A stretch of 63,707 bases of DNA, filler included, from Octopus bimaculoides (lineage: Eukaryota): assembly GCF_001194135.2 (NCBI RefSeq). It is 4 parts of 4 records of this genome, joined end to end, with 100 filler letters (N's around TTAATTAATTAA, not from the genome) between each part and the next. Parts side by side here need not be neighbours in the genome. Positions count along the whole stretch, not along the records: positions 23,437 to 42,680 come from NC_068993.1; positions 42,781 to 61,915 come from NC_068987.1; 2 more parts are not named here. One strand, written 5' to 3'. The notes under the pieces are model-generated. The model did not search any database, had not been told where the DNA came from, and saw nothing but the letters and a program-made list of their open reading frames with translations. Position 1 is the stretch's first letter. Each line of letters starts with the position of its first letter. The position numbers and the translations under genes were made by a program. Below are positions 37,831 to 51,940 of the stretch, in pieces.

Positions 37831-38705
37831 ACTCTATACGTGCGAGTCATTGTGCGTGTCAGTATAATTCGATAATACGAATGTGCAACAACGAGACATC
37901 AATCAGCAAATTTCGCAAACTATGAGAAGTAATTTATTAATGGACACTTAGGTGTTGACAGAGTAAATTAACATTAGATATAGTTTCTAAATACACAATT
38001 TTTGATAAGTTCTAATAAATCTAATTAGGCAATATTTACCATAGAAACTTGTCCTAATGTCAAATTATTTACGGCAAACTTCATAAATTTGATCCCGGAT
38101 GAATTCCATAGGCTACAAAACGTAATCATTTTGCCTATGAAATCTTGATAAATATAATATATTGAGTTTATACCAATTTAGAGGTGGAAGCATGCAAACT
38201 CTTTATGATAAGCGAAATTAGGGGGGGGGGAAATGATTTCTTCATCACTGTATAAGTGCTTCATTTGCGACTTGATTTCCTCCGTCGGTAAAAGACTCTC
38301 AAACCTAGGCGTCGATTGGAGTGTATCAACGGATGAGAGCTGCGACCAAGTACAAACTTTTGAAACATAAACTGAAAATATCTGCTGTTCTCTTTTCACT
38401 TATAAATTGAAGATGTCCCCAATCTTTTAATGAACCAATAGTTTATCATATCCACCATAGACTACTTGCTAATGCTTACACGTATATAGTTGTAAGATGT
38501 TTATTTATAACAGATTAATAGCGACTACCGAGCTTCAGTGATGATCCCGATCGCAAGTGAAACTTCGAGGTTACTGCTTAACTTGACCCTCTGAGAATAC
38601 GATTTGTAATATTTATATCTGAATGTCTCAATGTACGCGTATAAATTTATGACTATATCACACATTAAGATGTAATATATGCAACTGTGTGTGTATATAT
38701 GTATA

Positions 38706-38776
<71 letters not shown>

Positions 38777-39618
38777 NNNNNNNNNNNNNNNNNNNNNNNN
38801 NNNNNNNNNNNNNNNNNNNNNNNNNNNNNNNNNNNNNNNNNNNNNNNNNNNNNNNNNNNNNNNNNNNNNNNNNNNNNNNNNNNNNNNNNNNNNNNNNNNN
38901 NNNNNNNNNNNNNNNNNNNNNNNNNNNNNNNNNNNNNNNNNNNNNNTATATATATACATATGTATATATATTTATATATACATATCGTGTACGTGCATAT
39001 AAAGATACCCATACATACATACATACATACATACATACACATGCACACATATATCCATGTATATATGCATGTATGTGTGTTTGTATGTGCTTATGTATGT
39101 ATGTATATATGTATGTATATACACATATACATACACGCATATGAATATGTATACAAACGCTTAGAGTTGTGCACACGGACTAATATAATTTCTCAATCTC
39201 TCAATCACAATCCCCCCCCCTCTTTTCGTCTTTACATTTGTCTATGATATATTCCTATATGACAATCAACCTCCTTACATTTAATTAATTAGGCATTCCG
39301 GTCTAGACAACTACACACAGTGAATTAATTAATCACAATACAAGATTTAATGAAGATATCCTTCTTAACGTGTGAAGTTCACAAAACGCTGGCGCCATCC
39401 TAGAAAGTTCATTTTTGTGCCATTTCTCCTACTCTTATGCTCACTGTCCTATTTTAATCTCCTTTCGTTTGCCTTGATTCAGTTTTCTTCTTCTTCTTCT
39501 TCTTCTTCTTCTTCTTCTTCTTCTTCTTCTTCTTCTTCTTCTTCTTCTTCTTCTTCTTCTTCTTCTTCTTCATCATCATCATCTTCTTCTTCTTCTTCTT
39601 CTTCTTCTTCTTCTTCTT

Positions 39619-39696
<78 letters not shown>

Positions 39697-42404
39697 AAAA
39701 ATAATCAGATCACGATCGAAATTCTTTGTGATATTTCAGTTTCAATGTAGTTCAAATGTCGTTGATTTCGACCTTGCCCTTTTTTCCTTCCGTAGTCGAC
39801 AATATAAGGATTAGTGAAACAGTGGTCTTTATTTGTGTTCGTGTATTGGAAAACTGCTATGTCCATTTCCTTGGTCATAATTTGTGTTCGAGTGTTATGC
39901 TTCCAACAGTCTCAACTAACAAACGAACACTGATGTCACAGTGGAAATCTTAAAATTATAGAAACACGTTGGTGTCGTTACAATGGCAGTATCCTAAACT
40001 ATGGAACACAATTGGAGTCATAATATAAGCTTTTACATAAAGAAACAATTTTCAGTAACGCTGGAACAATGTTAACTGTGGAACGATATAAAAGACAAAC
40101 GGACTTTTTGAGAGAATAATATTTTGCTGTGAATATCTTTGTATTTACGGATGGAAATAATTGTGAAATATCAAGGAGCCTGTTAGAAATATTTGTATGT
40201 ATCGTAGGCACGAGGTTCGAAATTTTAAGGATGGTGGATTATCGATTAAGTCGATTCCGATATTTGAAATGTAATATGCGTATTTTCATCGTTGTGAGGT
40301 CGATAAAATGCATATTTATCGATATAATGTACGGGTTCGATATAATATATTTTACCGCTGGAGTCGATATGATGTATATTTTCATATCGCTTTGAAGGAT
40401 GCAAATCTAACATGATCTCGGGAATATTTTCTTCAAACTATAAAAACAGCCCCAATTTCGACCCTAGATCAAGACTGCCACGTCTCACAACTGATGGTTT
40501 CTTGATACAGGCACAAATATTTTTAGGGATTAAGTTGTCGAACAAAATTATTCCTGGCTCATCATGTTTCTGAGATTAAATCCCTCGGTGGTCAATTTGG
40601 CCTTTCACTGACTCCGATGTTTTGATTGGTGCTTTATTTTAAAAAAATGAAAGGCAAAGATGACCACGGAAGGATATAAACTAAAAAGGATAAAAAAAAA
40701 TAATTAAGACCCAGAACTAATTTTGCAACGCATTTTGTTCAACGCACACACAATAACGGGTAGCCACCTCTCGCTAATAATGCTCACAATTTGAGGGAGA
40801 ATGAATCCATCACTGGTTTAATGCCATTAACAGGTCCTTGGGGGTGCCTCTAGCATAGTTCATCCTGTTGCCAACACTTCAACCAACTCTTTGGTGTGTT
40901 GGTAACGCCATATCCTAATGTGGTTCTTTCAGCTGCGAAAACCCGTTACTTGAGGTTTATCATGCTCGTTGTCCCATCAGATACAGCAACAAAAAAAGTA
41001 ATGAACACTTCTATCTAACCCATGCAATCTGCAGCCCGTCGAACACCACAAAAAAGACAGATGCGGTGGAGCAACCAAATCAGCGATCACCCGTTCTCGG
41101 CTTTATTCAACGTGTGGGTGTATGTCGGAGAGGGCTATAGTAAAGGTAGACGATCTCTCATTGGTTCGTTTTGCTTTAAGGAATACGAAAGTTTTTTTCT
41201 TTTTCTTTCTTTCTTTTTTTCCTTCTTTTCATTTTTGTTTTGCTACGATTTATCTGTTACGTTGAACAAGACTAACATCTAAGCAGAATCTCCATTTCTG
41301 TTTGTTTATTTCTTTTATTATCGTTTTTTTTTATGGATTTTGACATCGAAAAGGAATNNNNNNNNNNNNNNNNNNNNNNNNNNNNNNNNNNNNNNNNNNN
41401 NNNNNNNNNNNNNNNNNNNNNNNNNNNNNNNNNNNNNNNNNNNNNNNNNNNNNNNNNNNNNNNNNNNNNNNNNNNNNNNNNNNNNNNNNNNNNNNNNNNN
41501 NNNNNNNNNNNNNNNNNNNNNNNNNNNNNNNNNNNNNNNNNNNNNNNNNNNNNNNNNNNNNNNNNNNNNNNNNNNNNNNNNNNNNNNNNNNNNNNNNNNN
41601 NNNNNNNNNNNNNNNNNNNNNNNNNNNNNNNNNNNNNNNNNNNNNNNNNNNNNNNNNNNNNNNNNNNNNNNNNNNNNNNNNNNNNNNNNNNNNNNNNNNN
41701 NNNNNNNNNNNNNNNNNNNNNNNNNNNNNNNNNNNNNNNNNNNNNNNNNNNNNNNNNNNNNNNNNNNNNNNNNNNNNNNNNNNNNNNNNNNNNNNNNNNN
41801 NNNNNNNNNNNNNNNNNNNNNNNNNNNNNNNNNNNNNNNNNNNNNNNNNNNNNNNNNNNNNNNNNNNNNNNNNNNNNNNNNNNNNNNNNNNNNNNNNNNN
41901 NATTTGTGTTTTCATGATGTAAGCCTTTGCGAATTTTTTTTCATTATTTTCTTAATTTTGTAGCTTTTGTTTTAGTTGTTGTTATTGCTGAAGTTGTTAG
42001 AAATGTTGCAGTCGTAGAGAATATCGCTGCAGCTACAGTTGTAGTAGCTATTTGTGAAGTATTTGTTGTTGCTGATGCTCTAAAAATTCCTCTTCTCGCT
42101 GTTGGTGGCGGCATTTTTCATAATCCTGTTGCGCTTGTTGTCATAGTCGTCATCATAGTCATCATGTCGGTGCGGTTGTCGTTGATGTTGATGTTACAGT
42201 TATTATTGTAGCTTTTAAAGTTCGTTCTACATAGTGCTAGTGCTGCTACCGTTATAGTTTCCATTATCACATTTCATTCCCCCACCCACGTAACTGTTGT
42301 TGAAGGATAGTTAGAATATCTCGATCGAAAGTAGGATATACCACCAAATGTATTGGTTACGATCTCATGCACTCCGCTTCAAATTCTCTTTTAATCTAGG
42401 CACA

Positions 42405-42680
42405 ATGCCCGAAATTTTGGAGGAAGAGGCCAGTCGATTAGATCGACCCCACTACGCAACTGGTACTTAATTTATCGACCCCCGAAAGGATGAAAGGCAA
42501 AGTCGACCTCGGTGGAATGTGAACTCAGAACGTAAAGACAGGCTAAATACCGCTAAGCATTTCGCCCGGCGTGCTAGCGTTTCTTATTTCTTTATTGCAC
42601 GCAAGGGGCTAAGCATAGAGGGGACAAACAAAGACCGACAAGGAATTTAAGTGGATTATATCGTCCCCAGTACACAACTG
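42405..42680 (-). mobile_element. SINE family C, two adjacent pieces
   Basis: Same sequence as 1267-1657. Confidence 0.75.
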
Positions 42681-42780
42681 NNNNNNNNNNNNNNNNNNNN
42701 NNNNNNNNNNNNNNNNNNNNNNNNTTAATTAATTAANNNNNNNNNNNNNNNNNNNNNNNNNNNNNNNNNNNNNNNNNNNN

Positions 42781-43146
42781 CTCTTTGTGAGTCCTGTTGG
42801 TATTCGGTGGATTATGTGTACGTAGATTTAAGCTTTCTGGTCTCCCTTTTCTGCGCTCCCGCTTATTTTGCTGTAAGTGGTTATCTACCTTGTTTAGCTG
42901 GTGGTGTTTGGGATGGGCAAATTTGCAGTTTCGTCCCTTTTCCCCGTGCCAGCAGGTACCATTTAGGTAGAATTTACAGATCTGTTTCTTTTTCTTTTTC
43001 TCTGTGTGACGTGTTTGGGCTTGAAGCCTGTTTGTGTTTACCGTCTTCTTGTCTGTTCTCCTGTCTTTGTCGTTTGTGGTGCAGCGTTGACTGTATTCAC
43101 CATGGTCATTGCATCCCTCATCAATGGCTACAGCACTGGTGAACAC
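42781..43146 (-). other. CCCH zinc-finger coding fragment (LINE ORF1 remnant or host exon)
   Basis: KQICKFYLNGTCWHGEKGRNCKFAHPK = C-x7-C-x8-C-x3-H, in an open frame running into a contig end. Confidence 0.5.
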
Positions 43147-43306
43147 TTATGTATGTATTTATGTATGAATATACATATGTGTGTACATATGTATGTATTT
43201 ATGTATGAATATACTTATGTGTGTATGCATGTGTGTGTACATATATATATATATATGTACACACACATGCATATACATGTACATATATATGTATATATAG
43301 TGTGTG

Positions 43307-43358
<52 letters not shown>

Positions 43359-43386
43359 TATACATCTATATATGTATACACACACA

Positions 43387-43434
<48 letters not shown>

Positions 43435-43864
43435 GATATCTGCCGCGTTATGGAAACGTTGCGTTCCTGAAATTTTTCTGTAACGCGGAACTTATGTGAT
43501 ACACGGAAGTCATAGATTTGACTATACATTTCATATTACAAGTCTTCTACTTAGGATGGCACCTTTAGGAATGCAACGCTTCCGTAATACGCTTGATACC
43601 GGCATACATAGATGTGTGTGTGTGTGAGTGTGTGTCATAGGAAACGTGTGCAAATGTCATAGGAAACGCTCTTTCCTCCAAACTCAACAAGTGAAGACAA
43701 TGAGGACTACCAGAAGCGCGGACGAGGCTATATGGAAGGAAGTCTGCACTGTTTTCTGTTCAGTTCTACTGTGCGGCACCTCGGGTACTATTGCTTCGGA
43801 CCGACTAAAGCCTTGTGAGAAGATTTAGAACGAAGCCTGTTATATACATACATATATACATACA

Positions 43865-44110
43865 TACATACATACATGCATACTCTCTTTACTCTTTTGC
43901 TTGTTTCAATCATTTGACAGCGGCCATGCTGGAGCACCGCCTTTAGTCGAGCAAATCGACCCCGGGACTTATTCTTTGTGAGCCTAGTACTTATTCTATC
44001 GGTCTCTTTTGCCGAACCACTAAGTTACGGGGACGTAAACACACGACCATCGGTTGTCAAGCGATGTTGGGGAGACAAACACAGACACACAAACACACAC
44101 ACACACACAT
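43865..44110 (-). mobile_element. SINE family A 3' half
   Basis: Reverse tail gcggccatgctggagcaccgcctttagtcgagc. Confidence 0.85.
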
Positions 44111-44112
44111 AC

Positions 44113-45103
44113 ACGGTTGGTGAGGAAAATGACCAGTGAGTGGTCAGCTCGAAAATGGTTTAAGCGATATCGCAGTGGAGACCTGAGCCTTGACGACCGT
44201 GAGCGTAGTGGACACCAATCTGTCATCGATGACGGTCAATTAAAGACCGTCATTGAGAAAGATCCACGTAAAAACCACTCGAGGACTGGCAAAAGAACTT
44301 CAAGTTAGCCAGAAAACTGCCTGCAACTATCTGCATGCGATTGGAAAACCAAAAGAGCTCGACAAATGGGTACTACACAATTTGAAGGAAAATCAGAAAA
44401 TGCGCTTCTTCTCCGTAACCAGACCGATCCATTTCTCGACCGTATTGTAACTTGCGATGAAAAGTAGATTCTGCACAATAATAAAAAACGTTCTTCGCAG
44501 TGGTTGGACCAAAATCAAGCACCGAAAACCTTCCCTAAACCGAAGCTCTTCAAAAAGGTTACGGTGACTTTTTGGTGGTGTACTGCTGGATTTATCCGCT
44601 ACTATAACTTCTTAAAATCCGGAAAAACCATTACTACAAAAGCATGTTGCTATGAAATTGCCAAAATGAACGAAAAACTGCTACTCCTCCATCCTCGACT
44701 GGTCAATAGAAGAGGGCCAATCATTCTTCATGACAATGCTCGACCACATGTTTCACTAATGACACTCCAGAAGTTGAGGGGACTTGGCTACGAAGTTCTC
44801 CACTCAGTTTATTCCCCAGAACTTTCTCCTACCGACTACCACTTTTTCAAGCACTTTGACGGTTTCCTGCGAGAGAAGGAGTCCAAAAATCAAATCGATG
44901 CTGGAAATGCGTTCAAAGAGTTCATCAGCTCCAGAACTTCATGATTTTTATGTTACCGAAATAAGCAAAGTTGTAACTCGTTGGCAGAAATGTGTTGATT
45001 GTAATGGTACTTACTTTGATGAATAAAAATTTTTACATTGTTGAAATATATTGTGAGGAATTTCATGTTTCAAAACGTTGCTCACTTTTTACTCAGCCCG
45101 ATA
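44113..45103 (+). pseudogene. Mariner (DD34D-type) transposase pseudogene, 5'-truncated, with right terminal repeat
   Basis: WFKRYRSGD..., IVTCDEK*, HDNARPH, YSPELSPTDYHFF, RWQKCVDCNGTYFDE; frameshifts and stops; ends ttttactcagcccga-TA. Confidence 0.9.
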
Positions 45104-45682
45104 AATTATACTGAATTGAATAACCCTTATTTANNNNNNNNNNNNNNNNNNNNNNNNNNNNNNNNNNNNNNNNNNNNNNNNNNNNNNNNNNNNNNNNNNN
45201 NNNNNNNNNNNNNNNNNNNNNNNNNNNNNNNNNNNNNNNNNNNNNNNNNNNNNNNNNNNNNNNNNNNNNNNNNNNNNNNNNNNNNNNNNNNNNNNNNNNN
45301 NNNNNNNNNNNNNNNNNNNNNNNNNNNNNNNNNNNNNNNNNNNNNNNNNNNNNNNNNNNNNNNNNNNNNNNNNNNNNNNNNNNNNNNNNNNNNNNNNNNN
45401 NNNNNNNNNNNNNNNNNNNNNNNNNNNNNNNNNNNNNNNNNNNNNNNNNNNNNNNNNNNNNNNNNNNNNNNNNNNNNNNNNNNNNNNNNNNNNNNNNNNN
45501 NNNNNNNNNNNNNNNNNNNNNNNNNNNNNNNNNNNNNNNNNNNNNNNNNNNNNNNNNNNNNNNNNNNNNNNNNNNNNNNNNNNNNNNNNNNNNNNNNNNN
45601 NNNNNNNNNNNNNNNNNNNNNNNNNNNNNNNNNNNNNNNNNNNNNNNNNNNNNNNNNNNNNNNNNNNNNNNNNNNNNNNNNN

Positions 45683-45738
<56 letters not shown>

Positions 45739-46289
45739 CCGCTCTATGAACGCTCGTCAGCCGGTGTTTGTGTGTTTACGAGCCCTTACTTTTACGGTTC
45801 GACAAAAGAGACTGACAGAATAAGTAGTAGGCTTTGTAAAATAAGTCCTAGGGTCGCTTTGTTCGCCTAAAACCCTTCAAGGTGGTGCACTAGCATTTCC
45901 ACAGTCATAAATGACTGAAACACCTAAAAAGATACACACATACACACACACACCACACTCACAATTTATCGCAGTGCTAATGGTGGTTCGTGATTCTTGT
46001 AGTTGTTGTGTTGGCGATGATAGTGCTCGTGGTATTGTTGGTTTTGGTGGAGGCAATAGTGTGAGGGTGTGAGGGTGCGAGGGTGTGATGGTGATGTGGG
46101 TATTAGTATGGTGGTGTTGATGCAGATGGTCGCCGTGGTAGTGTTAAGAAAACAAACTTGCATTTGGATAAAAAAAAGTTTTGTTTTGCTTTGTGAATTC
46201 CTTATTTTAGCTATTTATATCTTTTAGTAAATTTTATTTTCCGGAAAGATGAATTATTTTTATTCCAAAAGCAAAGTGATCCTTTGTCT

Positions 46290-46353
46290 GGTGACAGGAA
46301 GAGGAGGGGACGGAAGAGGAGGGAACGGAAGAGGAGGGGACGGAAGAGGAGGG
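46290..46353. repeat. 15-nt minisatellite, 4 copies
   Basis: ggaagaggagggg(a)c units. Confidence 0.8.
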
Positions 46354-46576
46354 GTAGGAATTAAAAGCGATACCAGCATAAAAGAATGTCTAGGATTTCT
46401 TAAATGCTAACAGATATTCGTATTCTAAAAAACACATATAAAGGCAATTTAGACATACATACAAATATTCTTATTACACACGCGCTGGCGCACGCACACA
46501 CACACATACATACATGCACACACATACGCACAAACACACATAAACATACATATATATATTTGTATACATGTATTTA

Positions 46577-46985
46577 TACATAGGCGCAGGCGTGGCTGCG
46601 TGGTAAGAAGCTTACTTCACAATCACATGGTTCCGGGTTCAGTCCCACTGCGTGGTACCTTGGGCAAGTGTCTTCAGCTTTAGTCTCGGGCCGACCAAAG
46701 GATTGTGAGTGGATTTGGTGGAGGGAAACTGAAAGAAGCTCATCGTATATATATATATATATATTTATGTGTGTCTTTGTGTCTATGTTTGTCGCCCCCA
46801 CCATCGCTTGACAACCGATGTTGGTGTGCCATGGTCTCTGTAACTTAGCGGTTCGGCAAAAGAGTCAGATATAATGCGTACTAGGCTTACAAAGATAAGT
46901 CCCGAGGTCGATTTCTTCGACTAAAAAGCCCTTTAAGGCGCTGGTCCACCATGGCCGCAGTCAAATGACTGAAACAAGAAAAAGA
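46577..46985 (+). mobile_element. SINE family A, full length, diverged
   Basis: Head, microsatellite and tail. Confidence 0.85.
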
Positions 46986-47096
46986 ATATATATATAAACA
47001 CAATTCATACGTACATAAAAAATTCTTATCACACGCGCGTGCACACACATACACACACCCACACATACACACAAACAAACAAGAACACACACACAC

Positions 47097-47129
<33 letters not shown>

Positions 47130-48359
47130 ATACAAAATGGGACAAGAACGCAAAACATCCACATAGACGATGCAAAGAAAACAAGGACAGGTCATTCGGA
47201 GTTTTTTCTCCTCTGTCGAGATCCAGATTATCTTTGCAATTTCGGCTGGTTATTCTCGATATTGCTCCAATCTGGCCAGCCCCAAGGAAAAACTAAGCTA
47301 AGAGCATTAGATTCCTTGGAAGAAAGCAGCGAATGTATACAAAAACAAGAACGGGAAAAAACGAACAATGTTACACAAATACAATAAAAATAATAACAGG
47401 ACATAACAACAGGTGTCTTTCGACTAAGGACGAATTAAGTCAAGCTGGCGTGTGTGGAAATAAAGCTTTACGGCAGGGATACATGATTTCACAAGCACAG
47501 GGAGGAATATCGATGTTGCACGCACAATGGCCGGCCAGGAAAGAAAGGTCAGGCTTGGCCGAACGCTGGTCACGTGGGTTCGAAGAGTTAACAAGTGAAA
47601 CAGAGACAGGCAGAAACAAGAAAAATACCGCTGTTACTTGAATACTATACAAATATGTCTTTAAAAAGACTTTTCTTCTAAATTTACCAAAAGTTAATTT
47701 TTCAATAATTTTTTCAAAAATCTATTATTCATATTTACTGTTGAANNNNNNNNNNNNNNNNNNNNNNNNNNNNNNNNNNNNNNNNNNNNNNNNNNNNNNN
47801 NNNNNNNNNNNNNNNNNNNNNNNNNNNNNNNNNNNNNNNNNNNNNNNNNNNNNNNNNNNNNNNNNNTTCTTTTAAATATACTAATATCCTTATTTCCGCT
47901 TCCTGTCTCATTCTTGTTTTCGTTTACTTCCGCTTCGTGTCTTATTCTTTCAAACGACTGCATGTCCTTGTTTCCACTTTATATCTCATTTTTTTTTTTT
48001 TCAAACAGCGGTTTCTTTTAACTCCGCTTACTGTCTCCTTTTTATCAAACATACTTATGTCCTTACTCCCGCTTCTTCCCTCGTTCTTTCAAACAACTCT
48101 ATGCTTTTATTTCCGTTTTCTCTTTTGTTCTGTCAAACATCAATTTGTAATTATTCCTCTTTCTCTCTCTTTTATACATTTCTCTATTCTTACATCAACT
48201 TCCTGTCCCGTTCTTCCAAATACCATTATGTCTACATTTCCGCCGAATGCCTCGTTCATTCCAGTATCAGTTTATCTTTAGTTCTTTTTTAAATATTATT
48301 AATTTTTTTCTGTTTTGTTTAGAAATAAAGAATAAGTGAAAAATAAATTAACAAACGCG

Positions 48360-48527
48360 CAGAAGTGGCTGTGTGGTAAGTAGCTTGCTTACCAACCACA
48401 TGGTTTCGGGTTCAGTCCTACTGCGTGACACCTTGGGCAAGTGTCTTCTACTATAGCCTCGGGCCGACCAAAGCCTTGTGAGTGGATTTGGTAGACGGAA
48501 ACTGAAAGAAGCCCGTCGTATATATGT

Positions 48528-48599
<72 letters not shown>

Positions 48600-48945
48600 T
48601 AATACAAAGAATACATAAGCATGTATACACACATATATGTACATATTTACATCCACATGTGTATATAGATGCATATCAAGGTACAGAACGTTAGAAAAAT
48701 GAACTACAGACAACGGAACGAACACTGTGTGTATGTATATGTTTGTGTGTCTGTGTTTGTCCCTCACCCAACATCGCTTGACAAACAATGGTAGTGTGTT
48801 TACGTCCCCGTAACTTAGCGGTTCGGCAAAGAGACCGATAGAATAAGTTACTAGGCTTCCAAAGAATAAGTCCTGGGGTCGATTTGATCGACTAAAGGTG
48901 GTGCTCCAGCATGGCCACAGTCAAATGACTGAAACAAGTAAAAAA
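48360..48945 (+). mobile_element. SINE family A with about 140 nt of extra sequence in its microsatellite
   Basis: Head at 48360, tail at 48900-48945, non-SINE sequence at about 48600-48730. Confidence 0.8.
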
Positions 48946-49182
48946 GTAAACGGATCAACATCAGCATTAAAGGACAGATTTACTACAGACACGCATACAC
49001 ACACACATAATCATCATCATCATAATCATAGTCGTCATCATCGTCATCATTTAGTGATAAAGAGAGAAATCAAGTTAAAGATAATTACATTCAAGACAAA
49101 AAATATTCACAACTGAGTGTCGAGATGGTAGCAAAAAGATTACGACAAAGTTAGGGTTTGCGATTGGTTACAATATGTAGGG

Positions 49183-49515
49183 TGGAAGTGCAATGGCCCA
49201 GTGGTTAGGGCAGCGGACTCGCGGTCATAGGATCGCGGTTTCGATTCCAGACCGGGATGGTGGCGAACCCTGCTGTACTCTTCCACCACAACTTTCTTTC
49301 ACTCTTACTTCCTGTTTCTGTTGTGCCTGTATTTCAAAGGGCCAGCCTTGTCACACTCTGTGTCACGTTGAATATCCCTGAGAACTACGTTAAGGGTACT
49401 ACACGTGTCTGTGGAGTGCTCAGCCACTTGTACGTTAATTTCACGAGCAGGCTGTTCCGTTGATCGGATTAACTGGAGCCCTCGACGTCGTAAGCGACGG
49501 AGAGCTAACAGCACA
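49183..49515 (+). mobile_element. tRNA-derived SINE family E
   Basis: tggcccagtggttagg (A box), ggtttcgattcc (B box); the internal segment recurs reversed at 11815-11875. Confidence 0.7.
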
Positions 49516-49559
49516 ATATGTAGATGAGTGGTGAGTATATGTATGCATGAATGAGTTGC

Positions 49560-49592
<33 letters not shown>

Positions 49593-50081
49593 NNNNNNNN
49601 NNNNNNNNNNNNNNNNNNNNNNNNNNNNNNNNNNNNNNNNNNNNNNNNNNNNNNNNNNNNNNNNNNNNNNNNNNNNNNNNNNNNNNNNNNNNNNNNNNNN
49701 NNNNNNNNNNNNNNNNNNNNNNNNNNNNNNNNNNNNNNNNNNNNNNNNNNNNNNNNNNNNNNNNNNNNNNNNNNNNNNNNNNNNNNNNNNNNNNNNNNNN
49801 NNNNNNNNNNNNNNNNNNNNNNNNNNNNNNNNNNNNNNNNNNNNNNNNNNNNNNNNNNNNNNNNNNNNNNNNNNNNNNNNNNNNNNNNNNNNNNNNNNNN
49901 NNNNNNNNNNNNNNNNNNNNNNNNNNNNNNNNNNNNNNNNNNTGTTCTTTATTTATTTGGCAGGAAAACTGAATGTAACTTATGCTGTGAGGTTTATAAT
50001 TCCTTATAAAATAGAAAATAACATCATTCAGCGACAAACGTCGACGTCGCAGTCATAGTAGCAGCAGCAGCAGCAGCAGTT

Positions 50082-50138
<57 letters not shown>

Positions 50139-51164
50139 TGAGAGTAAGTAACATAAGACATGTGCCATAGTATAAACATACCCTCATTCAGTGTAATGAG
50201 TAAGGTGTATTGAGATGGCTGGCAATAAGGATGTCTGTCAAGGTTTCTAGCATTGAATAGAATCCGTTTCGGAAACAGGCGTCTCGGGATTTCTGGTTTG
50301 CTTGTAAACGTCTAGATAATTTGGAACACGTCTAAGTATGCTCTCAGAACGACTTCAGGTTGTCTGAGTTGACTTGCCATGACAGAATTTCTAAGCGCTG
50401 GTACTCAAAGTTTTGGGTCTTTTCACAACTAACGGTGCGCCAACCGCTCCTCACGAACGCAGTTCGTGAGATGGTTGTGATTTATAAACAGTTTTGAGCA
50501 GGATCCGGAAAAAGAAGAATAGACATGCAATGCGTATGTACACACTGAATTCGTAAAACGGAAGAGAAGAATAAAAACGTATTGCGCATGTCAAAATAAA
50601 ACGGAAGAGAAAGAAAAAACCACAATGTCAAACAAATTATATGATGGTCTGCATGCCACGTCTGACGCCACAATCATTCAGCATTGCTGTAATTTTCTTG
50701 TTATACATTCATTCAAAGGTGTTGGGAAGGAATCTAATACTGTATCTTGGATCTGGATTTATGCGACAGGCACTGGAGATAAAATCATGATGGTGTGCGC
50801 CATTTCCTCCCTTCTCTTTCTCGAATCTATAGAACTGGTAATGAGAGATGCAATAATCTACACTAACAGAACGTAGATCAAAAGACAACGGATGCTGCCA
50901 CTGCTGAGTACTTCTATAGACGATTTTCATGCCATTTCAGAAACAAAGAGAGAAGCTCGAAGCTAAAACATGTCCGTAGCTGTCACTTGCCATCTTACAA
51001 AGATCAGGGTGTTTTTACTTAAGCACGAATCCTCCACTGTAGAATCAATTTTTAATCTTCTGAACTCATCTCCCGAATTTTCTGAGAATTGCTGAGAATT
51101 TCTGTTGGAGCTTTGTTTCTTTCCTCTCAGAGTAAATATTCATTTCTTTTATATTACTTTTTTT

Positions 51165-51940
51165 TTTACTCTTTTACTTGTTTCAGTCATTTTGACTGTG
51201 GCCATGCTGGAGCACTGCCTTTAGTCGAGCAAATCGATCCCAGGACTTATTCTTTGTAAGCCTAGTACTTATTCTATCGGTTACTTTTGCCGAACCGCTA
51301 AGAAACGGGGACGTAAACACACCAGCATCGGTTGTCAAGTGATGTTGCGGGGGGGGAGGAGGGACAAACACAGACACATAAACATATACTCACACACATA
51401 TATATATATATATACATATATACGACGGGCTTCTTTCAGTTTCCGTCTACCAAATCCACTCACAAGGCTTTGGTCGGCCCGAGGCTATAGTAGAAGACAC
51501 TTGCCCAAGGTGCCACGCAGTGGGACTGAACCAGGAACCATGTGGTTCGTAAGTCATCTTTTGACTGCAGCCATGCTGGGGCACCGCCTTGAAAGGTTAT
51601 AGCTGAATTAATCGCCCCCAGAACTTATTTTTTAAACTTAGTACTTATTCTATCAGTCTCTTTTGTCTAACCGCTAAGTTACGGGGACATAAGCACACCA
51701 GCACCATTTGTCAAGCGGTGGTGGAGGACAGACACATACACAACAAACAAACAAACAAACAAACAAACACACACACACACGTACATACACGACAGGATTC
51801 TTTCAGTTTCCGTCTACCAAACCCACTCACAAAGCTTTGGTCGATCCGATGCTCTTGTAAAGACACTTGCCCAAAGTGCCACACAGTGGAACTGAATCCA
51901 GAACCATGTGGTTGGGTAGCTAGCTCCTTACCACACAGCC
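51165..51940 (-). mobile_element. Two tandem SINE family A copies
   Basis: First copy's head is cut at about 51550 by the tail of the second copy. Confidence 0.8.

Noticed and set aside
39740-39900. Short minus ORF MTKEMDIAV...DYGRKKRARSK with a dibasic cleavage-like site
   Set aside because: Under 50 aa, no signal peptide and no convincing splice sites
47170-47450. Stem-plus-GAA motifs resembling hammerheads in a dispersed repeat
   Set aside because: The CUGANGA and GAAA..UH elements cannot both be placed
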